Shown piece after piece: positions 25,581 through 39,100 of a stretch of DNA of 64,000 nucleotides. This stretch comes from Auanema rhodensis. Lineage: Eukaryota > Animalia > Nematoda. The DNA lies in the NCBI GenBank assembly GCA_964057225.1, contig OZ059895.1:23560001-23624000 (forward strand). The letters are read 5' to 3'. Every line of letters starts with the position of its first letter. The stretch's first letter is position 1. The notes below the pieces were generated by a model. The model ran no database searches. It saw only the letters and a program-made list of their open reading frames with translations, and was not told where the DNA came from. Both the position numbers and the translations under genes were made by a program.

Positions 25581-28500
25581 CATTTAATTAGCATAAATTT
25601 ACATTTAATTGGCATAAATTAAAGTTCACGTAAATTTCAAAGTCATGGTTACCATGAACCAATATCAATAAAAATTTGTTTTTAGACTAATATGGACATG
25701 GGGAATCTAATTTTGAAAACCGCATCTCTTTATCTTTCACGTGAAGCGAGTTACATACCAAGTGCACATCACGTGTACATTTAATTAGCATAAATTTACA
25801 TTTAATTGGCATAAATTAAAGTTCACGTAAATTTCAAAGTCATGGTTACCATGAACCAATATCAATAAAAATTTGTTTTTAGACTAATATGGACATGGGG
25901 AATCTAATTTTGAAAACCGCATCACTTTATCTTTCACGTGAAGCGAGTTACATACCAAGTGCACATCGCGTGTACATTTAATTAGCATAAATTAAAGTTC
26001 ACGTAAATTTCAAAGTCATGGTTACCATCCACCAATATCAATAAAAATTTGTTGTTAGACTAATATGGACATGGGGAATCTAATTTTGAAAACCGCATCT
26101 CTTTATCTTTCACGTGAAGCGAGTTACATACCAAGTGCCCATCACGTGTACATTTAATTAGCATAAATTAAAGTTCACGTAAATTTCAAAGTCATGGTTA
26201 CCATGAACCAATATCAATAAAAATTTGTTTTTAGACTAATATGGACATGGGGAATCTAATTTTGAAAACCGCATCTCTTTATCTTTCACGTGAAGCGAGT
26301 TACATACCAAGTGCACATCACGTGTACATTTAATTAGCATAAATTAAAGTTCACGTAAATTTCAAAGTCATGGTTACCATGCACCAATATCAATAAAAAT
26401 TGGTTTTTAGACTAATATGGACATGGGGAATCTAATTTTGAAAATCGCATCTCTTTATCTTTCACGTGAAGCGAGTTACATACCAAGTGCACATCACGTG
26501 TACATTTAATTAGCATAAATTAAAGTTCACGTAAATTTCAAAGTCATGGTTACCATGCACCAATATCAATAAAAATTGGTTTTTAGACTAATATGGACAT
26601 GGGGAATCTAATTTTGAAAATCGCATCTCTTTATCTTTCACGTGAAGCGAGTTACATACCAAGTGCACATCACGTGTACATTTAATTAGCATAAATTAAA
26701 GTTCACGTAAATTTCAAAGTCATGGTTACCATGCACCAATATCAATAAAAATTGGTTTTTAGACTAATATGGACATGGGGAATCTAATTTTGAAAATCGC
26801 ATCTCTTTATCTTTCACGTGAAGCGAGTTACATACCAAGTGCACATCACGTGTACATTTAATTAGCATAAATTAAAGTTCACGTAAATTTCAAAGTCATG
26901 GTTACCATGCACCAATATCAATAAAAATTGGTTTTTAGACTAATATGGACATGGGGAATCTAATTTTGAAAATCGCATCTCTTTATCTTTCACGTGAAGC
27001 GAGTTACATACCAAGTGCACATCACGTGTACATTTAATTAGCATAAATTAAAGTTCACGTAAATTCCAAAGTCATGGTTACCATGAACCAATATCAATAA
27101 AAATTTGTTTTTAGACTAATATGGACATGGGGAATCTAATTTTGAAAACCGCATCTCTTTATCTTTCACGTGAAGCGAGTTACATACCAAGTGCACATCA
27201 CGTGTACATTTAATTAGCATAAATTAAAGTTCACGTAAATTTCAAAGTCATGGTTACCATGAACCAATATCAATAAAAATTTGTTTTTATACTAATATGG
27301 ACATGGGGAATCTAATTTTGAAAACCGCATCTCTTTATCTTTCACGTGAAGCGAGTTGCATACCAAGTGCACATCACGTGTACATTTAATTAGCATAAAT
27401 TAAAGTTCACGTAAATTTTAAAGTCATGGTTACCATGCACCAATATCAATAAAAATTTGTTGTTAGACTAATATGGACATGGGGAATCTAATTTTGAAAA
27501 CCGCATCTCTCTATCTTTCACGTGAAGCGAGTTACATACCAAGTGCACATCACGTGTACATTTAATTAGCATAAATTAAAGTTCACGTAAATTTCAAAGT
27601 CATGGTTACCATGCACCAATATCAATAAAAATTTGTTGTTAGACTAATATGGACATGGGGAATCTAATTTTGAAAACCGCATCTCTTTATCTTTCACGTG
27701 AAGCGAGTTACATACCAAGTGCACATCACGTGTACATTTAATTAGCATAAATTAAAGTTCACGTAAATTTCAAAGTCATGGTTACCATGCACCAATATCA
27801 ATAAAAATTGGTTTTTAGACTAATATGGACATGGGGAATCTAATTTTGAAAATCGCATCTCTTTATCTTTCACGTGAAGCGAGTTACATACCAAGTGCAC
27901 ATCACGTGTACATTTAATTAGCATAAATTAAAGTTCACGTAAATTTCAAAGTCATGGTTACCATGCACCAATATCAATAAAAATTGGTTTTTAGACTAAT
28001 ATGGACATGGGGAATCTAATTTTGAAAATCGCATCTCTTTATCTTTCACGTGAAGCGAGTTACATACCAAGTGCACATCACGTGTACATTTAATTAGCAT
28101 AAATTAAAGTTCACGTAAATTTCAAAGTCATGGTTACCATGCACCAATATCAATAAAAATTGGTTTTTAGACTAATATGGACATGGGGAATCTAATTTTG
28201 AAAATCGCATCTCTTTATCTTTCACGTGAAGCGAGTTACATACCAAGTGCACATCACGTGTACATTTAATTAGCATAAATTAAAGTTCACGTAAATTCCA
28301 AAGTCATGGTTACCATGAACCAATATCAATAAAAATTTGTTTTTAGACTAATATGGACATGGGGAATCTAATTTTGAAAACCGCATCTCTTTATCTTTCA
28401 CGTGAAGCGAGTTACATACCAAGTGCACATCACGTGTACATTTAATTAGCATAAATTAAAGTTCACGTAAATTTCAAAGTCATGGTTACCATGAACCAAT

Positions 28501-29577
28501 ATCAATAAAAATTTGTTTTTATACTAATATGGACATGGGGAATCTAATTTTGAAAACCGCATCTCTTTATCTTTCACGTGAAGCGAGTTGCATACCAAGT
28601 GCACATCACGTGTACATTTAATTAGCATAAATTAAAGTTCACGTAAATTTTAAAGTCATGGTTACCATGCACCAATATCAATAAAAATTTGTTGTTAGAC
28701 TAATATGGACATGGGGAATCTAATTTTGAAAACCGCATCTCTCTATCTTTCACGTGAAGCGAGTTACATACCAAGTGCACATCACGTGTACATTTAATTA
28801 GCATAAATTAAAGTTCACGTAAATTTCAAAGTCATGGTTACCATGCACCAATATCAATAAAAATTGGTTTTTAGACTAATATGGACATGGGGAATCTAAT
28901 TTTGAAAATCGCATCTCTTTATCTTTCACGTGAAGCGAGTTACATACCAAGTGCACATCACGTGTACATTTAATTAGCATAAATTAAAGTTCACGTAAAT
29001 TTCAAAGTCATGGTTACCATGCACCAATATCAATAAAAATTGGTTTTTAGACTAATATGGACATGGGGAATCTAATTTTGAAAACCGCATCTCTTTATCT
29101 TTCACGTGAAGCGAGTTACATACCAAGTGCACATCACGTGTACATTTAATTAGCATAAATTAAAGTTCACGTAAATTTCAAAGTCATGGTTACCATGCAC
29201 CAATATCAATAAAAATTGGTTTTTAGACTAATATGGACATGGGGAATCTAATTTTGAAAATCGCATCTCTTTATCTTTCACGTGAAGCGAGTTACATACC
29301 AAGTGCACATCACGTGTACATTTAATTAGCATAAATTAAAGTTCACGTAAATTTCAAAGTCATGGTTACCATGCACCAATATCAATAAAAATTGGTTTTT
29401 AGACTAATATGGACATGGGGAATCTAATTTTGAAAATCGCATCTCTTTATCTTTCACGTGAAGCGAGTTACATACCAAGTGCACATCACGTGTACATTTA
29501 ATTAGCATAAATTAAAGTTCACGTAAATTCCAAAGTCATGGTTACCATGAACCAATATCAATAAAAATTTGTTTTTA

Positions 29578-29631
29578 GACTAATATGGACATGGGGAATC
29601 TAATGACTAATATGGACATGGGGAATCTAAT
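29578..29631 (+). repeat. Singleton 27-bp tandem duplication within a Sat176 monomer
   Basis: GACTAATATGGACATGGGGAATCTAAT is present twice (29578-29604 and 29605-29631). Confidence 0.95.
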
Positions 29632-30101
29632 TTTGAAAACCGCATCTCTTTATCTTTCACGTGAAGCGAGTTACATACCAAGTGCACATCACGTGTACAT
29701 TTAATTAGCATAAATTAAAGTTCACGTAAATTTCAAAGTCATGGTTACCATGCACCAATATCAATAAAAATTGGTTTTTAGACTAATATGGACATGGGGA
29801 ATCTAATTTTGAAAATCGCATCTCTTTATCTTTCACGTGAAGCGAGTTACATACCAAGTGCACATCACGTGTACATTTAATTAGCATAAATTAAAGTTCA
29901 CGTAAATTTCAAAGTCATGGTTACCATGCACCAATATCAATAAAAATTTGTTGTTAGACTAATATGGACATGGGGAATCTAATTTTGAAAATCGCATCTC
30001 TTTATCTTTCACGTGAAGCGAGTTACATACCAAGTGCACATCACGTGTACATTTAATTAGCATAAATTAAAGTTCACGTAAATTTCAAAGTCATGGTTAC
30101 C

Positions 30102-30104
30102 ATG
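30102..30104. other. Inversion junction 4: 3-bp microhomology (ATG)
   Basis: Forward ...CATGGTTACCATG overlaps reverse ATGTAACTCGCTTCACGTG by ATG, with no filler. Confidence 0.9.
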
Positions 30105-33100
30105 TAACTCGCTTCACGTGAAAGATAAAAAGATGCGGTTTTCAAATTTAGATTCCCCATGTCCATATTAGTCTAAAAACAAATTTTTATTGATATTGGT
30201 TCATGGTAACCATGACTTTGAAATTTACGTGAACTTTAATTTATGCTAATTAAATGTACACGTGATGTGCACTTGGTATGTAACTCGCTTCACGTGAAAG
30301 ATAAAGAGATGCGATTTTCAAAATTAGATTCCCCATGTCCATATTAGTCTAAAAACCAATTTGTATTGATATTGGTGCATGGTAACCATGACTTTGAAAT
30401 TTACGTGAACTTTAATTTAAGCTAATTAAATGTACACGTGATGTGCACTTGGTATGTAACTCGCTTCACGTGAAAGATAAAGAGATGCGGTTTTCAAAAT
30501 TAGATTCCCCATGTCCATATTAGTCTAACAACAAATTTTTATTGATATTGGTGCATGGTAACCATGACTTTGAAATTTACGTGAACTTTAATTTATGCTA
30601 ATTAAATGTACACGTGATGTGCACTTGGTATGTAACTTGCTTCACGTGAAAGATAAAGAGATGCGGTTTTCAAAATTAGATTCCCCATGTCCATATTAGT
30701 CTAAAAACAAATTTTTATTGATATTGGTTCATGGTAACCATGACTTTGAAAATTACGTGAACTTTAATTTATGCTAATTAAATGTACACGTGATGTGCAC
30801 TTGGTATGTAACTCGCTTCACGTGAAAGATAAAGAGATGCGGTTTTCAAAATTAGATTCCCCATGTCCATATTAGTCTAACAACAAATTTTTATTGATAT
30901 TGGTGCATGGTAACCATGACTTTGAAATTTACGTGAACTTTAATTTATGCTAATTAAATGTAAATTTATGCTAATTAAATGTACACGTGATGAGCACTTG
31001 GTATGTAACTCGCTTCACGTGAAAGATAAAGAGATGCGGTTTTCAAAATTAGATTCCCCATGTCCATATTAGTCTAACAACAAATTTTTATTGATATTGG
31101 TGCATGGTAACCATGACTTTGAAATTTACGTGAACTTTAATTTATGCTAATTAAATGTACACGCGATGTGCACTTGGTATGTAACTCGCTTCACGTGAAA
31201 GATAAAGAGATGCGGTTTTCAAAATTAGATTCCCCATGTCCATATTAGTCTAAAAACAAATTTTTATTGATATTGGTTCATGGTAACCATGACTTTGAAA
31301 TTTACGTGAACTTTAATTTATGCTATATAAATGTACACGTGATGTGCACTTGGTATGTAACTCGCTTCACGTGAAAGATAAAGAGATGCGGTTTCCAAAA
31401 TTAGATTCCCCATGTCCATATTAGTCTAAAAACAAATTTTTATTGATATTGGTTCATGGTAACCATGACTTTGAAATTTACGTGAACTTTAATTTATGCT
31501 AATTAAATGTACACGTGATGTGCACTTGGTATGTAACTCGCTTCACGTGAAAGATAAAGAGATGCGGTTTTCAAATTTAGATTCCCCATGTCCATATTAG
31601 TCTAAAAACAAATTTTTATTGATATTGGTGCATGGTAACCATGACTTTGAAATTTACGTGAACTTTAATTTATGCTAATTAAATGTACACGTGATGTGCA
31701 CTTGGTATGTAACTCGCTTCACGTGAAAGATAAAGAGATGCGGTTTTCAAAATTAGATTCCCCATGTCCATATTAGTCTAACAACAAATTTTTATTGATA
31801 TTGGTGCATGGTAACCATGACTTTGAAATTTACGTGAACTTTAATTTATGCTAATTAAATGTACACGTGATGTGCACTTGGTATGTAACTTGCTTCACGT
31901 GAAAGATAAAGAGATGCGGTTTCCAAAATTAGATTCCCCATGTCCATATTAGTCTAAAAACAAATTTTTATTGATATTGGTTCATGGTAACCATGACTTT
32001 GAAATTTACGTGAACTTTAATTTATGCTAATTAAATGTACACGTGATGTGCACTTGGTATGTAACTCGCTTCACGTGAAAGATAAGAAGATGCGGTTTTC
32101 AAATTTAGATTCCCCATGTCCATATTAGTCTAAAAACAAATTTTTATTGATATTGGTTCATGGTAACCATGACTTTGAAATTTACGTGAACTTTAATTTA
32201 TGCTAATTAAATGTACACGTGATGTGCACTTGGTATGTAACTCGCTTCACGTGAAAGATAAAGAGATGCGATTTTCAAAATTAGATTCCCCATGTCCATA
32301 TTAGTCTAAAAACCAATTTTTATTGATATTGGTGCATGGTAACCATGACTTTGAAATTTACGTGAACTTTAATTTAAGCTAATTAAATGTACACGTGATG
32401 TGCACTTGGTATGTAACTCGCTTCACGTGAAAGATAAAGAGATGCGGTTTTCAAAATTAGATTCCCCATGTCCATATTAGTCTAACAACAAATTTTTATT
32501 GATATTGGTGCATGGTAACCATGACTTTGAAATTTACGTGAACTTTAATTTATGCTAATTAAATGTACACGTGATGTGCACTTGGTATGTAACTTGCTTC
32601 ACGTGAAAGATAAAGAGATGCGGTTTTCAAAATTAGATTCCCCATGTCCATATTAGTCTAAAAACAAATTTTTATTGATATTGGTTCATGGTAACCATGA
32701 CTTTGAAAATTACGTGAACTTTAATTTATGCTAATTAAATGTACACGTGATGTGCACTTGGTATGTAACTCGCTTCACGTGAAAGATAAAGAGATGCGGT
32801 TTTCAAAATTAGATTCCCCATGTCCATATTAGTCTAACAACAAATTTTTATTGATATTGGTGCATGGTAACCATGACTTTGAAATTTACGTGAACTTTAA
32901 TTTATGCTAATTAAATGTAAATTTATGCTAATTAAATGTACACGTGATGAGCACTTGGTATGTAACTCGCTTCACGTGAAAGATAAAGAGATGCGGTTTT
33001 CAAAATTAGATTCCCCATGTCCATATTAGTCTAACAACAAATTTTTATTGATATTGGTGCATGGTAACCATGACTTTGAAATTTACGTGAACTTTAATTT

Positions 33101-36100
33101 ATGCTAATTAAATGTACACGCGATGTGCACTTGGTATGTAACTCGCTTCACGTGAAAGATAAAGAGATGCGGTTTTCAAAATTAGATTCCCCATGTCCAT
33201 ATTAGTCTAAAAACAAATTTTTATTGATATTGGTTCATGGTAACCATGACTTTGAAATTTACGTGAACTTTAATTTATGCTAATTAAATGTACACGTGAT
33301 GTGCACTTGGTTTGTAACTCGCTTCACGTGAAAGATAAAGAGATGCGGTTTTCAAAATTAGATTCCCCATGTCCATATTAGTCTAAAAACAAATTTTTAT
33401 TGATATTGGTTCATGGTAACCATGACTTTGAAATTTACGTGAACTTTAATTTATGCCAATTAAATGTAAATTTATGCTAATTAAATGTACACGTGATGTG
33501 CACTTGGTATGTAACTCGCTTCACGTGAAAGATAAAGAGATGCGGTTTTCAAAATTAGATTCCCCATGTCCATATTAGTCTAACAACAAATTTTTATTGA
33601 TATTGGTGCATGGTAACCATGACTTTGAAATTTACGTGAACTTTAATTTATGCTAATTAAATGTACACGTGATGTGCACTTGGTATGTAACTCGCTTCAC
33701 GTGAAAGATAAAGAGATGCGGTTTTCAAAATTAGATTCCCCATGTCCATATTAGTCTAACAACAAATTTTTATTGATATTGGTGCATGGTAACCATGACT
33801 TTGAAATTTACGTGAACTTTAATTTATGCTAATTAAATGTACACGTGATGTGCACTTGGTATGCAACTCGCTTCACGTGAAAGATAAAGAGATGCGGTTT
33901 TCAAAATTAGATTCCCCATGTCCATATTAGTATAAAAACAAATTTTTATTGATATTGGTTCATGGTAACCATGACTTTGAAATTTACGTGAACTTTAATT
34001 TATGCTAATTAAATGTACACGTGATGTGCACTTGGTATGTAACTCGCTTCACGTGAAAGATAAAGAGATGCGGTTTTCAAAATTAGATTCCCCATGTCCA
34101 TATTAGTCTAACAACAAATTTTTATTGATATTGGTGCATGGTAACCATGACTTTGAAATTTACGTGAACTTTAATTTATGCTAATTAAATGTACACGTGA
34201 TGTGCACTTGGTATGTAACTCGCTTCACGTGAAAGATAGAGAGATGCGATTTTCAAAATTAGATTCCCCATGTCCATATTAGTCTAAAAACCAATTTTTA
34301 TTGATATTGGTGCATGGTAACCATGACTTTGAAATTTACGTGAACTTTAATTTATGCTAATTAAATGTACACGTGATGTGCACTTGGTATGTAACTCGCT
34401 TCACGTGAAAGATAAAGAGATGCGATTCTCAAAATTAGATTCCCCATGTCCATATTAGTCTAAAAACCAATTTTTATTGATATTGGTGCATGGTAACCAT
34501 GACTTTGAAATTTACGTGAACTTTAATTTATGCTAATTAAATGTACACGTGATGTGCACTTGGTATGTAACTCGCTTCACGTGAAAGATAAAGAGATGCG
34601 GTTTTCAAAATTAGATTCCCCATGTCCATATTAGTCTAACAACAAATTTTTATTGATATTGGTGCATGGTAACCATGACTTTGAAATTTACGTGAACTTT
34701 AATTTATGCTAATTAAATGTACACGTGATGTGCACTTGGTATGTAACTTGCTTCACGTGAAAGATAAAGAGATGCGGTTTCCAAAATTAGATTCCCCATG
34801 TCCATATTAGTCTAAAAACAAATTTTTATTGATATTGGTTCATGGTAACCATGACTTTGAAATTTACGTGAACTTTAATTTATGCTAATTAAATGTACAC
34901 GTGATGTGCACTTGGTTTGTAACTCGCTTCACGTGAAAGATAAAGAGATGCGGTTTTCAAAATTAGATTCCCCATGTCCATATTAGTCTAAAAACAAATT
35001 TTTATTGATATTGGTTCATGGTAACCATGACTTTGAAATTCACGTGAACTTTAATTTATGCCAATTAAATGTAAATTTATGCTAATTAAATGTACACGTG
35101 ATGTGCACTTGGTATGTAACTCGCTTCACGTGAAAGATAAAGAGATGCGGTTTTCAAAATTAGATTCCCCATGTCCATATTAGTCTAACAACAAATTTTT
35201 ATTGATATTGGTGCATGGTAACCATGACTTTGAAATTTACGTGAACTTTAATTTATGCTAATTAAATGTACACGCGATGTGCACTTGGTATGTAACTCGC
35301 TTCACGTGAAAGATAAAGAGATGCGGTTTTCAAAATTAGATTCCCCATGTCCATATTAGTCTAAAAACAAATTTTTATTGATATTGGTTCATGGTAACCA
35401 TGACTTTGAAATTTACGTGAACTTTAATTTATGCTATATAAATGTACACGTGATGTGCACTTGGTATGTAACTCGCTTCACGTGAAAGATAAAGAGATGC
35501 GGTTTCCAAAATTAGATTCCCCATGTCCATATTAGTCTAAAAACAAATTTTTATTGATATTGGTTCATGGTAACCATGACTTTGAAATTTACGTGAACTT
35601 TAATTTATGCTAATTAAATGTACACGTGATGTGCACTTGGTATGTAACTCGCTTCACGTGAAAGATAAAGAGATGCGGTTTTCAAATTTAGATTCCCCAT
35701 GTCCATATTAGTCTAAAAACAAATTTTTATTGATATTGGTGCATGGTAACCATGACTTTGAAATTTACGTGAACTTTAATTTATGCTAATTAAATGTACA
35801 CGTGATGTGCACTTGGTATGTAACTCGCTTCACGTGAAAGATAAAGAGATGCGGTTTTCAAAATTAGATTCCCCATGTCCATATTAGTCTAACAACAAAT
35901 TTTTATTGATATTGGTGCATGGTAACCATGACTTTGAAATTTACGTGAACTTTAATTTATGCTAATTAAATGTACACGTGATGTGCACTTGGTATGTAAC
36001 TTGCTTCACGTGAAAGATAAAGAGATGCGGTTTCCAAAATTAGATTCCCCATGTCCATATTAGTCTAAAAACAAATTTTTATTGATATTGGTTCATGGTA

Positions 36101-39100
36101 ACCATGACTTTGAAATTTACGTGAACTTTAATTTATGCTAATTAAATGTACACGTGATGTGCACTTGGTATGTAACTCGCTTCACGTGAAAGATAAAAAG
36201 ATGCGGTTTTCAAATTTAGATTCCCCATGTCCATATTAGTCTAAAAACAAATTTTTATTGATATTGGTTCATGGTAACCATGACTTTGAAATTTACGTGA
36301 ACTTTAATTTATGCTAATTAAATGTACACGTGATGTGCACTTGGTTTGTAACTCGCTTCACGTGAAAGATAAAGAGATGCGGTTTTCAAAATTAGATTCC
36401 CCATGTCCATATTAGTCTAAAAACAAATTTTTATTGATATTGGTTCATGGTAACCATGACTTTGAAATTCACGTGAACTTTAATTTATGCCAATTAAATG
36501 TAAATTTATGCTAATTAAATGTACACGTGATGTGCACTTGGTATGTAACTCGCTTCACGTGAAAGATAAAGAGATGCGGTTTTCAAAATTAGATTCCCCA
36601 TGTCCATATTAGTCTAACAACAAATTTTTATTGATATTGGTGCATGGTAACCATGACTTTGAAATTTACGTGAACTTTAATTTATGCTAATTAAATGTAC
36701 ACGCGATGTGCACTTGGTATGTAACTCGCTTCACGTGAAAGATAAAGAGATGCGGTTTTCAAAATTAGATTCCCCATGTCCATATTAGTCTAAAAACAAA
36801 TTTTTATTGATATTGGTTCATGGTAACCATGACTTTGAAATTTACGTGAACTTTAATTTATGCTATATAAATGTACACGTGATGTGCACTTGGTATGTAA
36901 CTCGCTTCACGTGAAAGATAAAGAGATGCGGTTTCCAAAATTAGATTCCCCATGTCCATATTAGTCTAAAAACAAATTTTTATTGATATTGGTTCATGGT
37001 AACCATGACTTTGAAATTTACGTGAACTTTAATTTATGCTAATTAAATGTACACGTGATGTGCACTTGGTATGTAACTCGCTTCACGTGAAAGATAAAGA
37101 GATGCGGTTTTCAAATTTAGATTCCCCATGTCCATATTAGTCTAAAAACAAATTTTTATTGATATTGGTGCATGGTAACCATGACTTTGAAATTTACGTG
37201 AACTTTAATTTATGCTAATTAAATGTACACGTGATGTGCACTTGGTATGTAACTCGCTTCACGTGAAAGATAAAGAGATGCGGTTTTCAAAATTAGATTC
37301 CCCATGTCCATATTAGTCTAACAACAAATTTTTATTGATATTGGTGCATGGTAACCATGACTTTGAAATTTACGTGAACTTTAATTTATGCTAATTAAAT
37401 GTACACGTGATGTGCACTTGGTATGTAACTTGCTTCACGTGAAAGATAAAGAGATGCGGTTTCCAAAATTAGATTCCCCATGTCCATATTAGTCTAAAAA
37501 CAAATTTTTATTGATATTGGTTCATGGTAACCATGACTTTGAAATTTACGTGAACTTTAATTTATGCTAATTAAATGTACACGTGATGTGCACTTGGTAT
37601 GTAACTCGCTTCACGTGAAAGATAAAAAGATGCGGTTTTCAAATTTAGATTCCCCATGTCCATATTAGTCTAAAAACAAATTTTTATTGATATTGGTTCA
37701 TGGTAACCATGACTTTGAAATTTACGTGAACTTTAATTTATGCTAATTAAATGTACACGTGATGTGCACTTGGTATGTAACTCGCTTCACGTGAAAGATA
37801 AAGAGATGCGATTTTCAAAATTAGATTCCCCATGTCCATATTAGTCTAAAAACCAATTTTTATTGATATTGGTGCATGGTAACCATGACTTTGAAATTTA
37901 CGTGAACTTTAATTTAAGCTAATTAAATGTACACGTGATGTGCACTTGGTATGTAACTCGCTTCACGTGAAAGATAAAGAGATGCGGTTTTCAAAATTAG
38001 ATTCCCCATGTCCATATTAGTCTAACAACAAATTTTTATTGATATTGGTGCATGGTAACCATGACTTTGAAATTTACGTGAACTTTAATTTATGCTAATT
38101 AAATGTACACGTGATGTGCACTTGGTATGTAACTTGCTTCACGTGAAAGATAAAGAGATGCGGTTTTCAAAATTAGATTCCCCATGTCCATATTAGTCTA
38201 AAAACAAATTTTTATTGATATTGGTTCATGGTAACCATGACTTTGAAAATTACGTGAACTTTAATTTATGCTAATTAAATGTACACGTGATGTGCACTTG
38301 GTATGTAACTCGCTTCACGTGAAAGATAAAGAGATGCGGTTTTCAAAATTAGATTCCCCATGTCCATATTAGTCTAACAACAAATTTTTATTGATATTGG
38401 TGCATGGTAACCATGACTTTGAAATTTACGTGAACTTTAATTTATGCTAATTAAATGTAAATTTATGCTAATTAAATGTACACGTGATGAGCACTTGGTA
38501 TGTAACTCGCTTCACGTGAAAGATAAAGAGATGCGGTTTTCAAAATTAGATTCCCCATGTCCATATTAGTCTAACAACAAATTTTTATTGATATTGGTGC
38601 ATGGTAACCATGACTTTGAAATTTACGTGAACTTTAATTTATGCTAATTAAATGTACACGCGATGTGCACTTGGTATGTAACTCGCTTCACGTGAAAGAT
38701 AAAGAGATGCGGTTTTCAAAATTAGATTCCCCATGTCCATATTAGTCTAAAAACAAATTTTTATTGATATTGGTTCATGGTAACCATGACTTTGAAATTT
38801 ACGTGAACTTTAATTTATGCTAATTAAATGTACACGTGATGTGCACTTGGTTTGTAACTCGCTTCACGTGAAAGATAAAGAGATGCGGTTTTCAAAATTA
38901 GATTCCCCATGTCCATATTAGTCTAAAAACAAATTTTTATTGATATTGGTTCATGGTAACCATGACTTTGAAATTTACGTGAACTTTAATTTATGCCAAT
39001 TAAATGTAAATTTATGCTAATTAAATGTACACGTGATGTGCACTTGGTATGTAACTCGCTTCACGTGAAAGATAAAGAGATGCGGTTTTCAAAATTAGAT

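Larger units (their letters stand above)
25579..30104 (+). repeat. Sat176 forward block, about 25 monomers, with an internal 7-mer repeat
   Basis: Forward Sat176, rich in ATTGGTTTT/AATCGC monomers. The series TTCCAAAG, TATACT/GTTGCA, TTTTAAAG/CTCTAT recurs at about 27060-27510 and 28300-28745 (1232 bp = 7x176). Confidence 0.97.

Noticed and set aside
9727-30104. Orientation switches as fold-back chimeric-read artefacts
   Set aside because: Variant patterns either side are not mirror images, the arms are out of phase, and the junctions carry structured templated fillers. Read-level confirmation is still needed.
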